Of a DNA stretch of 64,000 nt, positions 9,869-19,651 are shown piece by piece. The translations under genes were made by a program, and so were the position numbers. A model generated the notes under the pieces. The model was not told where the DNA came from, did no database searches, and saw only the letters and a list, made by a program, of their open reading frames with translations. Source of the DNA: Patescibacteria group bacterium (GTDB lineage: Bacteria > Patescibacteriota > Microgenomatia > Levybacterales > UBA12049); the NCBI GenBank assembly GCA_026004395.1, contig BPJB01000001.1:391343-455342 (forward strand), given 5' to 3'. Each line of letters begins with the position of its first letter. The first letter of the stretch is position 1.

Positions 9869-11137
9869 ATGCAAGAGAGAATCCGAAAAGTTGTTAAGCA
9901 TCCATTAATATCTGGAAGTACAATAATTTTTGTTGGAACATTTTTAGCCAATATTATTAATTATTTGTTTAATTTATTGATGGGAAGAATGCTTAGTGTT
10001 GCAGATTATGGTCTCCTTTCATCACTTTCATCTTTATTTATTCTCTCTGCAATTTTTGCAATTGCTTTTGGTAATGTCATTACTCGTTTCATCGCAACCT
10101 ATCATGGTAGTGGTAATAAGAAAGGAGAGCAGGCTGTGTTATTGATCGGAACAAAATATGTAGCCATCTTTTCTACACTCATTTTATTTATACTTATATT
10201 ATTTTCTCCTTTGATTGGAAAATTTCTTCATGTGACCAATAATATTTTTGTAATACTCATCGCATTTTCGTCGTTTTTTACATTAATGCTTTCTTTACCT
10301 GCGGGATTTATTCAAGGTAAAATGAGGTTTTTGTTTCTCTCAGCGATAACAATAGTTCAGCCTATCCTAAAACTTATTGTTGCTGTTATTTTACTTCTTC
10401 TTGGATACTCGATTTTAAGTCCATTTATAGGAATTCTTGTGGGCGGAGCATTACCGACATTGCTGTTATATTATTATCTTTTTCGTAATTTAGTAAAAAA
10501 GCAGCAATTAGAGTCATTTGATGAACAATCTTTTAAGAAAGAATTTATTCACTCTTCATATACTTTTTTCTTATCCGGGATTGGGATCACTATTCTTCAG
10601 AACACAGATATTATGCTTGTTCGACATTTTTTTGGTCCATATGAATCAGGATTGTATGCTGCCCTTTCACTGATGGGTAAAGCGATATTTTATTTTACGA
10701 GCCCGATTAATGCTGTTTTTTTCCCTTTGATAGCATTTAGAAAGGAGAGAAAACAACGCCTGTTTCATGTCGTTGTTTTAGCATTTGGACTTATCGCTGG
10801 ACTTTCTACGGCTATATCATTTGTTTATTTTGCGATTCCTGAGGTGATTATCAAAATTTTCTTTCCGTCTTCTTCTTATCAGGAGGTTGGACGTTATCTA
10901 GGTTTTTTTTCACTTTATATTCTTGCTTTCTCTCTAGTATTTCTCTTTAATAACTTTTATTTATCTATTGGGAGAAGGGGAGTTTATAAAGCAACATTAT
11001 TTGCTGCTTTATTGCAAGTAATATTGATTCTTTTTATCCATCAGTCTATTTTCCATATCATTGCGATTCTTTTCTCAATTTCTTTGTTACTTCTTATCAG
11101 CTTTTTGATATATTATTTTTTGTATGAAAAAGATTAG
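9869..11137 (+). CDS. polysaccharide biosynthesis protein / Wzx-like oligosaccharide flippase (MOP superfamily)
   Basis: 422 aa with about 12-14 hydrophobic helices and no soluble domain. Located within a GT cluster. Confidence 0.6.
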   Translation: MQERIRKVVKHPLISGSTIIFVGTFLANIINYLFNLLMGRMLSVADYGLLSSLSSLFILSAIFAIAFGNVITRFIATYHGSGNKKGEQAVLLIGTKYVAIFSTLILFILILFSPLIGKFLHVTNNIFVILIAFSSFFTLMLSLPAGFIQGKMRFLFLSAITIVQPILKLIVAVILLLLGYSILSPFIGILVGGALPTLLLYYYLFRNLVKKQQLESFDEQSFKKEFIHSSYTFFLSGIGITILQNTDIMLVRHFFGPYESGLYAALSLMGKAIFYFTSPINAVFFPLIAFRKERKQRLFHVVVLAFGLIAGLSTAISFVYFAIPEVIIKIFFPSSSYQEVGRYLGFFSLYILAFSLVFLFNNFYLSIGRRGVYKATLFAALLQVILILFIHQSIFHIIAILFSISLLLLISFLIYYFLYEKD

Positions 11138-11876
11138 AAAAATCTCCCTTGTTATTCCAACCTACAATCAAGAAAAAACAATAATCAAAAATCTTAGACT
11201 TCTAAAAAAATCTTTGGATGAACTTCCATATGCCTTTGAATTACTGGTTGTAGTTGATGGATTTGGTGATAAGACTTATCAAATACTGAAAAAGATCAGA
11301 CAAAAAAATCTACAAGTTTTAGGATACAAGGAAAACAAAGGAAAGGGATTTGCCCTAAAACATGGTATGCTCAATGCACAGGGCGATGTCATAGGATTTA
11401 TTGATGGTGATCTGGATATCCATCCTGAAGGAATAGCAATGCTTATTAATCATATGATTTGGTACAATGCGGATATAATTGTAGGAAGTAAGCTTCATCC
11501 TGTCTCACAAGTTAATTATCCTCGTTGGCGAAAAATTCTTTCTTGGGGATACAGATCACTTATACGGCTTCTTTTTGGTTTGAAAGTGAGAGATACTCAG
11601 GTGGGGATAAAACTATTTAAGAGGAAGGTGGTTAGAGATGTTTTTCCTCTTTTGGTTGTTAAACGATTCGCATTTGATGTTGAGGTATTGGCAGTTGCCA
11701 ATCATCGGGGGTTTAGTAGAATTTATGAGGCTCCTATAAGGCTTCAGTTTAACAATGCCAGTTCTATAACAAATAGCAATTTTTGGAAAATTATTCTTCT
11801 TATGCTTTGGGATACATTTGCTATTTTTTACAGATTGCATATCATTCGTTATTATGAGAGGAAAAATTTGCAATAA
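11124..11876 (+). CDS. family 2 glycosyltransferase
   Basis: LVIPTYNQE...VVVDGFGDKT and FIDGDLD motifs. Confidence 0.75.
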   Translation: MKKIRKISLVIPTYNQEKTIIKNLRLLKKSLDELPYAFELLVVVDGFGDKTYQILKKIRQKNLQVLGYKENKGKGFALKHGMLNAQGDVIGFIDGDLDIHPEGIAMLINHMIWYNADIIVGSKLHPVSQVNYPRWRKILSWGYRSLIRLLFGLKVRDTQVGIKLFKRKVVRDVFPLLVVKRFAFDVEVLAVANHRGFSRIYEAPIRLQFNNASSITNSNFWKIILLMLWDTFAIFYRLHIIRYYERKNLQ

Positions 11877-11881
11877 TTAAT

Positions 11882-12994
11882 ATGAATATTCTAATTTTAA
11901 ACTGGAGAGATCCTTTGCATCCTTTAGCAGGAGGAGCTGAGATAGCATTATTGGAACATGCAAAATATTGGAACAAAAAGGGTGCCAATATTACTTGGTT
12001 TGCATCAGGTTTTTCTGGTGCCAAAAAAGAAGAAGAGTTTAACGAAATAAAAATCATACGTCGTGGATCTCATTTTACTGTCCATATGATGTTTTTTCTT
12101 TATTGGTTAAGATATGGAGCTGATGATTATGATGTAATAATTGACTGTTTCCATTTTCTCCCATTTTTTACACCGCTTTTTCTAAAAAGAAAAAAAATTA
12201 TTGCCTTTATTCACGAAGTGGCAGGAAAGCTTTGGTATTTAAATCTTTACTATCCTTTAGCTTGGGTTGGTTATCATCTAGAGCCTTATTTTTTTTTATT
12301 TTATAAACAAATACTTTTTATTACCCCATCTGATTCAGCAAAAAATGATCTCATAAAGCTAGGTATACATAAAAAAAATATTTCTGTTATTCATAATGGT
12401 GTTACTCTCGAGAGGGTAAATAATTCAATAATCAAAGAAAAAGTTCCAACGATTTTATTTCTTAATAGAGTATCCAAAGATAAAGGAATAGAAGATGCTT
12501 TATTGGCATTTATTGAGATTAAAAAGATTATCAGTGAAGTAAAACTCTGGATCGTTGGTAAAGAAGAATCTGAAGGAGAATTAAAAAAATTAATAGAAAA
12601 GATTGGGATCTCAAAAAAAATAAATAGTTCTATAATGTATTTCGGCTTTGTCGATCAGAAAAAAAAATTTGAGTTATTAAAAAAAGCGTGGATTTTAGTT
12701 CATCCTTCAAAAAAAGAAGGATGGGGATTAACTGTAATTGAGGCTGCATCTCAAGGGACGCCAGCTGTGGGATATGATGTGGAGGGTCTTAGAGACTCTA
12801 TTAAAAATAACAAAACCGGATTATTGACAAAAGATAATTTTATTGATTTAGCAAAAGGATTAGAAAGATTAATTAAAGATAATAAGCTTTATTCTCAAAT
12901 GAGCAAAGAAGCAATGGAATGGTCTAAAAAATTTAATTGGAATATCAGTGGAGAGAAGAGTTGGAAGCTTATAAAAATTATTTATGAAAAATAA
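11882..12994 (+). CDS. family 4 glycosyltransferase
   Basis: EGWGLTVIEAASQGTPAVGYDVEGLRD motif. Confidence 0.8.
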   Translation: MNILILNWRDPLHPLAGGAEIALLEHAKYWNKKGANITWFASGFSGAKKEEEFNEIKIIRRGSHFTVHMMFFLYWLRYGADDYDVIIDCFHFLPFFTPLFLKRKKIIAFIHEVAGKLWYLNLYYPLAWVGYHLEPYFFLFYKQILFITPSDSAKNDLIKLGIHKKNISVIHNGVTLERVNNSIIKEKVPTILFLNRVSKDKGIEDALLAFIEIKKIISEVKLWIVGKEESEGELKKLIEKIGISKKINSSIMYFGFVDQKKKFELLKKAWILVHPSKKEGWGLTVIEAASQGTPAVGYDVEGLRDSIKNNKTGLLTKDNFIDLAKGLERLIKDNKLYSQMSKEAMEWSKKFNWNISGEKSWKLIKIIYEK

Positions 12995-13817
12995 TCCTCT
13001 AGTATCAGTTATAGTTACTACTAAAAATTCTGCTAATTCTCTACAAGCATGTCTTGAAAGTATAAAAAGTCAATCATACAAAAATATTGAATTAATAGTT
13101 GTTGATAATAATTCTATAGATGATACTCGGGAGATTGCAAAAAGATATACAAAACATTTATATATTGCTGGACCAGAGAGATCAGCTCAGAGGAATTTAG
13201 GTGCAAAAAAAGCAAATGGAGAATATCTATTATTCATTGACTCAGATATGATCCTTACTGTTGATGTGATAAAATGTTGTGTTAGTACTATAAAATTGCA
13301 AAAGGTAGGGGGTATTATTATCCCTGAGGAGTCAATTGGAGATGGTTTTTGGGCAAAATGTAAAAAGTTAGAGAGAAGTTATTATGTAGGTAATGAGTTT
13401 ATTGAAGCTGCTCGATTTTTCCCCAAACAAAAATTCAAGATTATAGGAGGATTTGATGAACATCTTACTGGTCCTGAAGATTGGGATCTCTCTCAACGAG
13501 TTAAAGAAAGATTTGGAGTTAGTAGAATTCACGAATATATTTTGCATGATGAGGGGAAATTATCGTTAATTCCCTTATTAAAAAAGAAATATTATTATTC
13601 TAAAAAAATTAATGAGTATATTAAAAAAACAGATAATAAAGATAATCTTATTAAACAATTTAGTCTTATTGAAAGATATAAGATATTTATGTCACAACCT
13701 AAGATAATTTTAAAGTATCCATTACTTTGGGTAGGAATGATTTTTATGAAAACTTGTGAATTTTCTGTTGGTGCCATTGGCTATCTCTATAGTAAAAGTA
13801 ATTTACGTAAAAAATAA
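12984..13817 (+). CDS. family 2 glycosyltransferase
   Basis: VSVIVTTKNSA...LIVVDNNSIDDT and FIDSDM motifs. Confidence 0.75.
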   Translation: MKNNPLVSVIVTTKNSANSLQACLESIKSQSYKNIELIVVDNNSIDDTREIAKRYTKHLYIAGPERSAQRNLGAKKANGEYLLFIDSDMILTVDVIKCCVSTIKLQKVGGIIIPEESIGDGFWAKCKKLERSYYVGNEFIEAARFFPKQKFKIIGGFDEHLTGPEDWDLSQRVKERFGVSRIHEYILHDEGKLSLIPLLKKKYYYSKKINEYIKKTDNKDNLIKQFSLIERYKIFMSQPKIILKYPLLWVGMIFMKTCEFSVGAIGYLYSKSNLRKK

Positions 13818-13858
13818 TTAAGATATATAAATAAAAAAAACTGTTAATATTAATCAAT

Positions 13859-14887
13859 ATGATGAGAAATAAGAAAAAGCCTCTAGTGTCAATAATAATT
13901 TCCAATCTTAATGGGAGAGAATGGCTAGATCAATGCCTCAAGAGCTTAAGATATCAGACATTTGATAATTTTGAGATAATAATGGTAGACAATGTATCAA
14001 AAGACGATAGTGTGGCTTTTGTTAAAAAAAATTATCCTGAAGTTAGAGTGATAGAAAATAAGCAAGATTTGGGATTTTCAGGAGGTAATAATGTGGGAGT
14101 ACAATATGCCCATGGTGAGTATGTATTACTCTTAAATAATGATACGCGTGTTACTAAAGATTATCTTAAAAATTTTATTAAAGCCTTTCAAGAAATACCA
14201 AGACTTGGTGCCGCTCAGTCTAAGATGATTCTGATGAAAGATCCTAATAAACTTGATGCCTGTGGTGCTTACTGGACAGATACTACTTTTTTGTATCATA
14301 TTGGTTACTTACAAGATCAGAATTTGAAAAAATTTAATGTGCCTTTTCCAGTTTTTACCAATAAAGGAGCTTCAATGTTAATTAGGAAAGATCTTATTAA
14401 TAAAATTGGCTTATTTGATGATGATTTTTGGTGTTATTACGAAGAAACAGACTTTTGTCATCGGGTATGGATGGCAGGATATGAGTGTTGGTATTACCCA
14501 AAAGCTGTTATGTATCATGCTATGGGAGGAACAACATTAAGATTTAAAAATGATTATATACAATTTCATAATTTTAAAAATAAACTTCTTAGTTTTCTTA
14601 AAAACTTTGAATTAAAATCACTTATTTATATTATTCCAACTTTTTTAGTTTTAAATATAATTTTAAGTTTTTTATGGCTATTTCAAGGCAAAATAAAGCA
14701 CTTTTTAGCGCTTTATAAAGCTATTTGGTGGAATTTAACTCATCTTAAAACAACGTTGAAGAAAAGGCAGAAAATTCAATCTTTTCGAATTTGTTCTGAT
14801 AAAGAAATCTTTATAAAAACAAGAGTAAATCCCAGATTATCTTATTATTATTATCTTTTTATTGGCCTTGATAAGTACAAGGAGTAA
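13859..14887 (+). CDS. family 2 glycosyltransferase (rhamnosyltransferase-like) with C-terminal TM helices
   Basis: VSIIISNLNGREWL...IIMVDNVSKDDS and LLNNDT motifs. Hydrophobic C-terminus. Confidence 0.7.
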   Translation: MMRNKKKPLVSIIISNLNGREWLDQCLKSLRYQTFDNFEIIMVDNVSKDDSVAFVKKNYPEVRVIENKQDLGFSGGNNVGVQYAHGEYVLLLNNDTRVTKDYLKNFIKAFQEIPRLGAAQSKMILMKDPNKLDACGAYWTDTTFLYHIGYLQDQNLKKFNVPFPVFTNKGASMLIRKDLINKIGLFDDDFWCYYEETDFCHRVWMAGYECWYYPKAVMYHAMGGTTLRFKNDYIQFHNFKNKLLSFLKNFELKSLIYIIPTFLVLNIILSFLWLFQGKIKHFLALYKAIWWNLTHLKTTLKKRQKIQSFRICSDKEIFIKTRVNPRLSYYYYLFIGLDKYKE

Positions 14888-14971
14888 TATTGCATCTTTT
14901 AATTTAGAACATTTTTTATATAATGTTGTAAGTTATAGCTTATACCATATGTAAAAAGTTAGGGTATTTTT

Positions 14972-16144
14972 ATGATTAAACTTATAAAATCTACTTATTA
15001 CAAAGAAAAAGACACGACCAAAAAACTTATTTCATTCCTCAAAAAAGCAGAACAGTTAAGCTTTGGCCCCGAGTGTAATAAATTTGAAGAAAATTTCGCA
15101 AAATGGCAGAAAAGAAAATACTGTGTTTTCCTTAATAGCGGTAGTTCTGCAAACTTAGCGATGATTCAAGCACTTTTGAATCTTGGTAAGCTCAGACACG
15201 GTGATTATGTTGGATTTTCAGCTCTTACATGGTCTACCAATGTAATGCCGATAATTCAGCTTGGTCTAAAAGCTGTTCCTATTGATATAGAGCTTGATAC
15301 ATTAAATGTTTCCAGCAGAAAGTTGCTTGCTACACTTGAAAAATATCCTTTAAAAATGTTATTTCTTACCAATCTACTTGGTTTTTGTGATGATATTGAT
15401 GAAATTAAGAAAATTTGTGATAGAGAAAAGATAATTCTTTTAGAAGATAATTGTGAGTCATTGGGTACTATTTACAAAGGTAAACTTCTTGGCAACTATG
15501 GAATTGCAAGCAGTTTTTCATTTTATGTAGGTCATCATATGTCAACAGTTGAGGGGGGAGCAGTTTGTACAGATAGTGAGCGTTTGGCGACAATGCTTCG
15601 TATAGTCAGAGCGCATGGCTGGGATAGGAATTTAAGTGAAAAAAGGCAGATCAAAATTCGCAATAAATATAAAGTAAACTCTACATTTTACTCCCGGTAC
15701 ACTTTTTATGATCTTGGATATAACTTGCGACCTACAGAAATAAATGCATTTATTGGCAATACACAACTGCCATATTTAAAAGAAATTATCAAAAAACGCA
15801 ATGCAAATTTTATGCGCATGGCATTACCTATCTACGCTAAAACAGAAAAGTATTATCCTATTCGTTATGATCATATAGATTACCTCTCAAATTTTGCAAT
15901 TCCAGTTGTCTGCAAGAATCAGAAAATTAGGGATGAATTAGTTGCAGCATGTGAAGGGAAAATTGAGATTCGACCAATTGTAGGCGGAGATATGACACGT
16001 CAGCCTTTTTTCAGTAAGTATATGAAAAAATTAGCTTTTGAAAATCCCAATGCAAAATTGGTCCATGAACAGGGTCTCTATTTTGGCAACAATCCGGAGC
16101 TTACTCAGAAAGAGATAAAACAGATATTAAAAATCATGCTTTAG
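14972..16144 (+). CDS. DegT/DnrJ/EryC1-family PMP-dependent sugar 3-dehydratase, ColD / E1(DdhC)-like (His in place of the PLP-binding Lys)
   Basis: Aminotransferase-fold motifs NSGSSANL and SFSFYVGHHMSTVEGGAV. The position normally held by the Schiff-base lysine is His188/His189, matching ColD His188. Length is 390 aa. Confidence 0.6.
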   Translation: MIKLIKSTYYKEKDTTKKLISFLKKAEQLSFGPECNKFEENFAKWQKRKYCVFLNSGSSANLAMIQALLNLGKLRHGDYVGFSALTWSTNVMPIIQLGLKAVPIDIELDTLNVSSRKLLATLEKYPLKMLFLTNLLGFCDDIDEIKKICDREKIILLEDNCESLGTIYKGKLLGNYGIASSFSFYVGHHMSTVEGGAVCTDSERLATMLRIVRAHGWDRNLSEKRQIKIRNKYKVNSTFYSRYTFYDLGYNLRPTEINAFIGNTQLPYLKEIIKKRNANFMRMALPIYAKTEKYYPIRYDHIDYLSNFAIPVVCKNQKIRDELVAACEGKIEIRPIVGGDMTRQPFFSKYMKKLAFENPNAKLVHEQGLYFGNNPELTQKEIKQILKIML

Positions 16145-16156
16145 GTTAAATTTTTA

Positions 16157-17140
16157 TTGTGTATGGATGAGAATTTTTGGAGAGAGAAGAAAGTATTAGT
16201 TACAGGGGGTGTTGGATTTATTGGAAGTCATCTAGTTGAAAAATTATTTAATTTAGGTGCCAATGTGACTGTTCTTTCGAGATCTCCTATTGAAAAAACT
16301 TATATAAATTATCTTGCTGATAAGATAACTTTCATTCGAGGAGACTGTACAAATACAAAGGATGCTGAATCCGCATGTTTTGGACAAGAGATCGTAATGA
16401 ACTTAGCAGCAAAAGTTGGAGGAATAGAATATAATAGAACCCATCAAGCTACAATGCTGAGAGAAAATCTTATGATAGCAACTACTATGCTTGAAGCAGC
16501 AAGAAGAGCCGGTGTTAAGAGATTCCTTGTAACATCATCAGCGTGTGTATACCCCCGTAATGCTAGTATTCCAACGCCTGAGGAAGAAGGTTTTAAGGAT
16601 GAACCAGAGCCAACAAATGGTGGATATGGTTGGGCTAAGAGAATGAGTGAAAGATTAGGCAAATATTATGCAGAAGAGTATGGTATGAAAATCGCAATAG
16701 TTAGACCATATAATTGTTATGGACCGCGTGACCATTTTGATCCTACAAGATCTCATGTTATTCCCGCATTAATTAAGAGGGTATTTGAAGGGGAGAATCC
16801 ATTGAAGGTATGGGGTTCTGGTTATCAAACAAGAGCTTTTTTATACGTTGAAGATCTAGTAAATGGAATGATACAAGCAATTGAAAAATATCCAGTGCCT
16901 GACCCAATTAACCTTGGTACAGATGAGGAAGTATCAATAAAGGACTTGGTTAATAAAATTGTTACTATTTCAGGTATAAAGACAGAGGTAGTTTTTGATA
17001 CATCAAAACCTGATGGTAGTCCGCGCCGTCAAAGTGATAATAAAAAAGCAAAAGAGAAAATTGGTTTTGAGGCAAAAATTCCTCTTGATGAAGGACTTAA
17101 AAGAACAATTGAGTGGTATAAAAAATATGTTAAAAAATGA
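16157..17140 (+). CDS. GDP-L-fucose synthase family (GDP-4-keto-6-deoxy-hexose epimerase/reductase), ColC/Fcl-like
   Basis: VLVTGGVGFIGSHL Rossmann motif. SSACVYP and YNCYGPRD resemble the Fcl SSCIYP / NLYGPHD motifs. Confidence 0.6.
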   Translation: MCMDENFWREKKVLVTGGVGFIGSHLVEKLFNLGANVTVLSRSPIEKTYINYLADKITFIRGDCTNTKDAESACFGQEIVMNLAAKVGGIEYNRTHQATMLRENLMIATTMLEAARRAGVKRFLVTSSACVYPRNASIPTPEEEGFKDEPEPTNGGYGWAKRMSERLGKYYAEEYGMKIAIVRPYNCYGPRDHFDPTRSHVIPALIKRVFEGENPLKVWGSGYQTRAFLYVEDLVNGMIQAIEKYPVPDPINLGTDEEVSIKDLVNKIVTISGIKTEVVFDTSKPDGSPRRQSDNKKAKEKIGFEAKIPLDEGLKRTIEWYKKYVKK

Positions 17141-18303
17141 GATTGATAGAAAAAAGTTTTTTCATTGCAACTCATGTCTATGCTACAGGTCCTGCATTTA
17201 AACTTGAGGAATACCTAGTAGAAAGAAATATCCCCCTTCTTATTTTTATTGGTCATCCTTTTTCATATGCTGAAGATACAAGATCATTTTTACGAATATA
17301 TAAAGAGGGAAGTTTAATATTAGAAAAAAAATTCATCTACTGGGGTGGTCCAGATTTTGGCTTTTACGTTAAAGATTTATTATTGACAATATGGTGGGGA
17401 GTTTTTTATGTTCGCTACACAAGAAAAATAGATTATTTTGTTGGTGTTGATAATTTAAATGCTTTTGCAGGTTATATTCTGCAAAAAATTGGTATAGTGA
17501 AATCTCTAATATTTTATACAATAGATTATATTCCTATACGCTTTGAGAATAGGATACTGAATAGGATTTACCATTTCTTAGACAGTTTTGCAGTAAAAAA
17601 AAGCGATAAGGTTTGGAATTTGTCTTCCATTATGGCTGATCAGCGTGAAAAAAGGGGAATGGAAAGAAAATACAAATTTAAGCAAATACAAGTCCCTATA
17701 GGAACAGATCTAAGTACTAAACCACTTCCTTTTAGCAAAATCGATAAATACAAAATTGTTTTTATGGGACATTTACGTAAGGGTCAAGGTGTAGATTTAC
17801 TTATTAACGCCATGGAAGAAGTAGTAAGAAAAATACCCAAGGCATATCTTATGATTATTGGAGGAGGGCCTTTAGAAGAGGAATATAGAAGAATGGTAAA
17901 ACAGAAAAGACTTGAAAAGCATATTATATTTTCAGGTTTTGTTAAGGATTTTTTAGATGTTAAAAAATTATTGTCTGATGCAGCGGTTGCAGTAGCACCA
18001 TATGTTGACGATAGCACAACCTACACAAGATACACTGATCCCGGAAAGCCCAAGGATTACATAGCAAATGGAATACCAGTTATTATTACCAAAGTACCAC
18101 AAGTAGCCTTTGAGATAGAAAAAAACAAGTGCGGTTTTGCTATTGATTACGATAAGAAGCAATTAGTGAATACACTAATAAAAGTACTTTCTAATTCCAA
18201 ATTACAATCTGATATGAGATTTAATGCTCTAAAAATGGCAAAAAGATATACATGGGAAAAAATATTTTCAAAAGCACTTGGAGAAACAATTGAAAATAAT
18301 TGA
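17137..18303 (+). CDS. family 4 glycosyltransferase-like protein
   Basis: GT-B C-terminal domain pattern (FMGHLRKGQGVDLLINAM...IIGGGPLEEEY...IVAPYVDD). 4-nt overlap with the upstream gene. Confidence 0.55.
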   Translation: MRLIEKSFFIATHVYATGPAFKLEEYLVERNIPLLIFIGHPFSYAEDTRSFLRIYKEGSLILEKKFIYWGGPDFGFYVKDLLLTIWWGVFYVRYTRKIDYFVGVDNLNAFAGYILQKIGIVKSLIFYTIDYIPIRFENRILNRIYHFLDSFAVKKSDKVWNLSSIMADQREKRGMERKYKFKQIQVPIGTDLSTKPLPFSKIDKYKIVFMGHLRKGQGVDLLINAMEEVVRKIPKAYLMIIGGGPLEEEYRRMVKQKRLEKHIIFSGFVKDFLDVKKLLSDAAVAVAPYVDDSTTYTRYTDPGKPKDYIANGIPVIITKVPQVAFEIEKNKCGFAIDYDKKQLVNTLIKVLSNSKLQSDMRFNALKMAKRYTWEKIFSKALGETIENN

Positions 18304-18394
18304 GTGGATATAAATAAAAAATCTATTTTATAAAAATATTGAAGAATTTCCCAATAATATTTATAAGATGATAAAATTTGAGTTGTAAGAAAAT

Positions 18395-19615
18395 ATGCGT
18401 AAGCGTAAGCAGTTAACTATCGGTATTATTCTTCCTACAATTATTTCTAAAAACGGTACTGTAAAGCAAAGTCTTGAATTGGCAAAAGCTCTTCAGAGTT
18501 TAGGCCATGAAGTAATATTTTTTACTTATGCTTATTTAAAAGATGCTATTTTTCCCGAATTTGATAAGCAGAAAGTTTGTTACTGTATAGATCTTAAGAA
18601 GTCAATTTTTTATAAAATCATCAAGAATCCTGCTAAACTAGAAATACTCTATCTTTATATTGCATTTCTTTTTATATCTAGATTTAGAAGATTATTTCAA
18701 TATAAAAGAATTAATATTTATAATCCTCATGACTGGTTTGGTTTATGGTTAGTCGCTAATATTAAAAAAAATAATCAATGTCTTATTGCAAATATTAACG
18801 ATGTACCAAACCGCATTAATGGAAAAATTATTGAAAAAATAAAATTGTTTTGGGATAGAAGAATAACTTCAAAAATAGATCAGATTATTGTCTTAGATTT
18901 TCAGAACAAAACAAAAGTAATAACATGGTTAAATATTAATCCTGATAAAGTTACAGTAGTTAGAAGTGGTCTCGACACATTAAAGTATCAACAATTTACA
19001 AAAAAAATGGATTTGAAAAGAGAACTTAATATTCCAGAAAAGAGTTTTATTTTAATTAGTGCCAACTTATTAACTTGGAATAGAAGATATGAAGATGTTA
19101 TACGAGCATTAAATAAATTACGTAATAATACTTTACTTCATTTTGTAATTCTTACAAAATTGGACTTTAATTCCTCATATGCAGTTTTTTTAAAAGAAGA
19201 AATCAGAAAATATAAATTGACAAAAAGAGTTCATTTTATTGATAAATTTTTTACAGATGAAGAGCGTATGGCATATATTAAAGGAGGAGATATACTTATT
19301 TTCCCTAATAGTCCACAGACTTGGGGACTTACTGTAATTGAAGCAATGGCTATGGGTGTTCCTGTTATAGTATCTTCAGGATCAGGTGTTAGTGAAGTTC
19401 TGAAAGATGGTGAAAATGCATTCATTTACCCTTCAGGTGATATTAATAAACTTGCAGATACTATTTTGAGAGCGATTTCTGATAGAAAAAAATTAAAAAA
19501 AATCGCTGACTTAGGTAGAGAATATGTACTTAGCTCATTTTCATGGGAAAAATTTGGTAAAGATGTTGAGAGAATCATGATAGAAAATTTTAAAATTAAA
19601 AAGAACTTACTTTAG
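18395..19615 (+). CDS. family 4 glycosyltransferase
   Basis: WGLTVIEAMAMGVPVIVSSGSGVSEVLKDGENAF motif. Confidence 0.75.
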   Translation: MRKRKQLTIGIILPTIISKNGTVKQSLELAKALQSLGHEVIFFTYAYLKDAIFPEFDKQKVCYCIDLKKSIFYKIIKNPAKLEILYLYIAFLFISRFRRLFQYKRINIYNPHDWFGLWLVANIKKNNQCLIANINDVPNRINGKIIEKIKLFWDRRITSKIDQIIVLDFQNKTKVITWLNINPDKVTVVRSGLDTLKYQQFTKKMDLKRELNIPEKSFILISANLLTWNRRYEDVIRALNKLRNNTLLHFVILTKLDFNSSYAVFLKEEIRKYKLTKRVHFIDKFFTDEERMAYIKGGDILIFPNSPQTWGLTVIEAMAMGVPVIVSSGSGVSEVLKDGENAFIYPSGDINKLADTILRAISDRKKLKKIADLGREYVLSSFSWEKFGKDVERIMIENFKIKKNLL

Positions 19616-19651
19616 CATGATCTTCTATTATCACTTAAGTCTTAATGTTAA

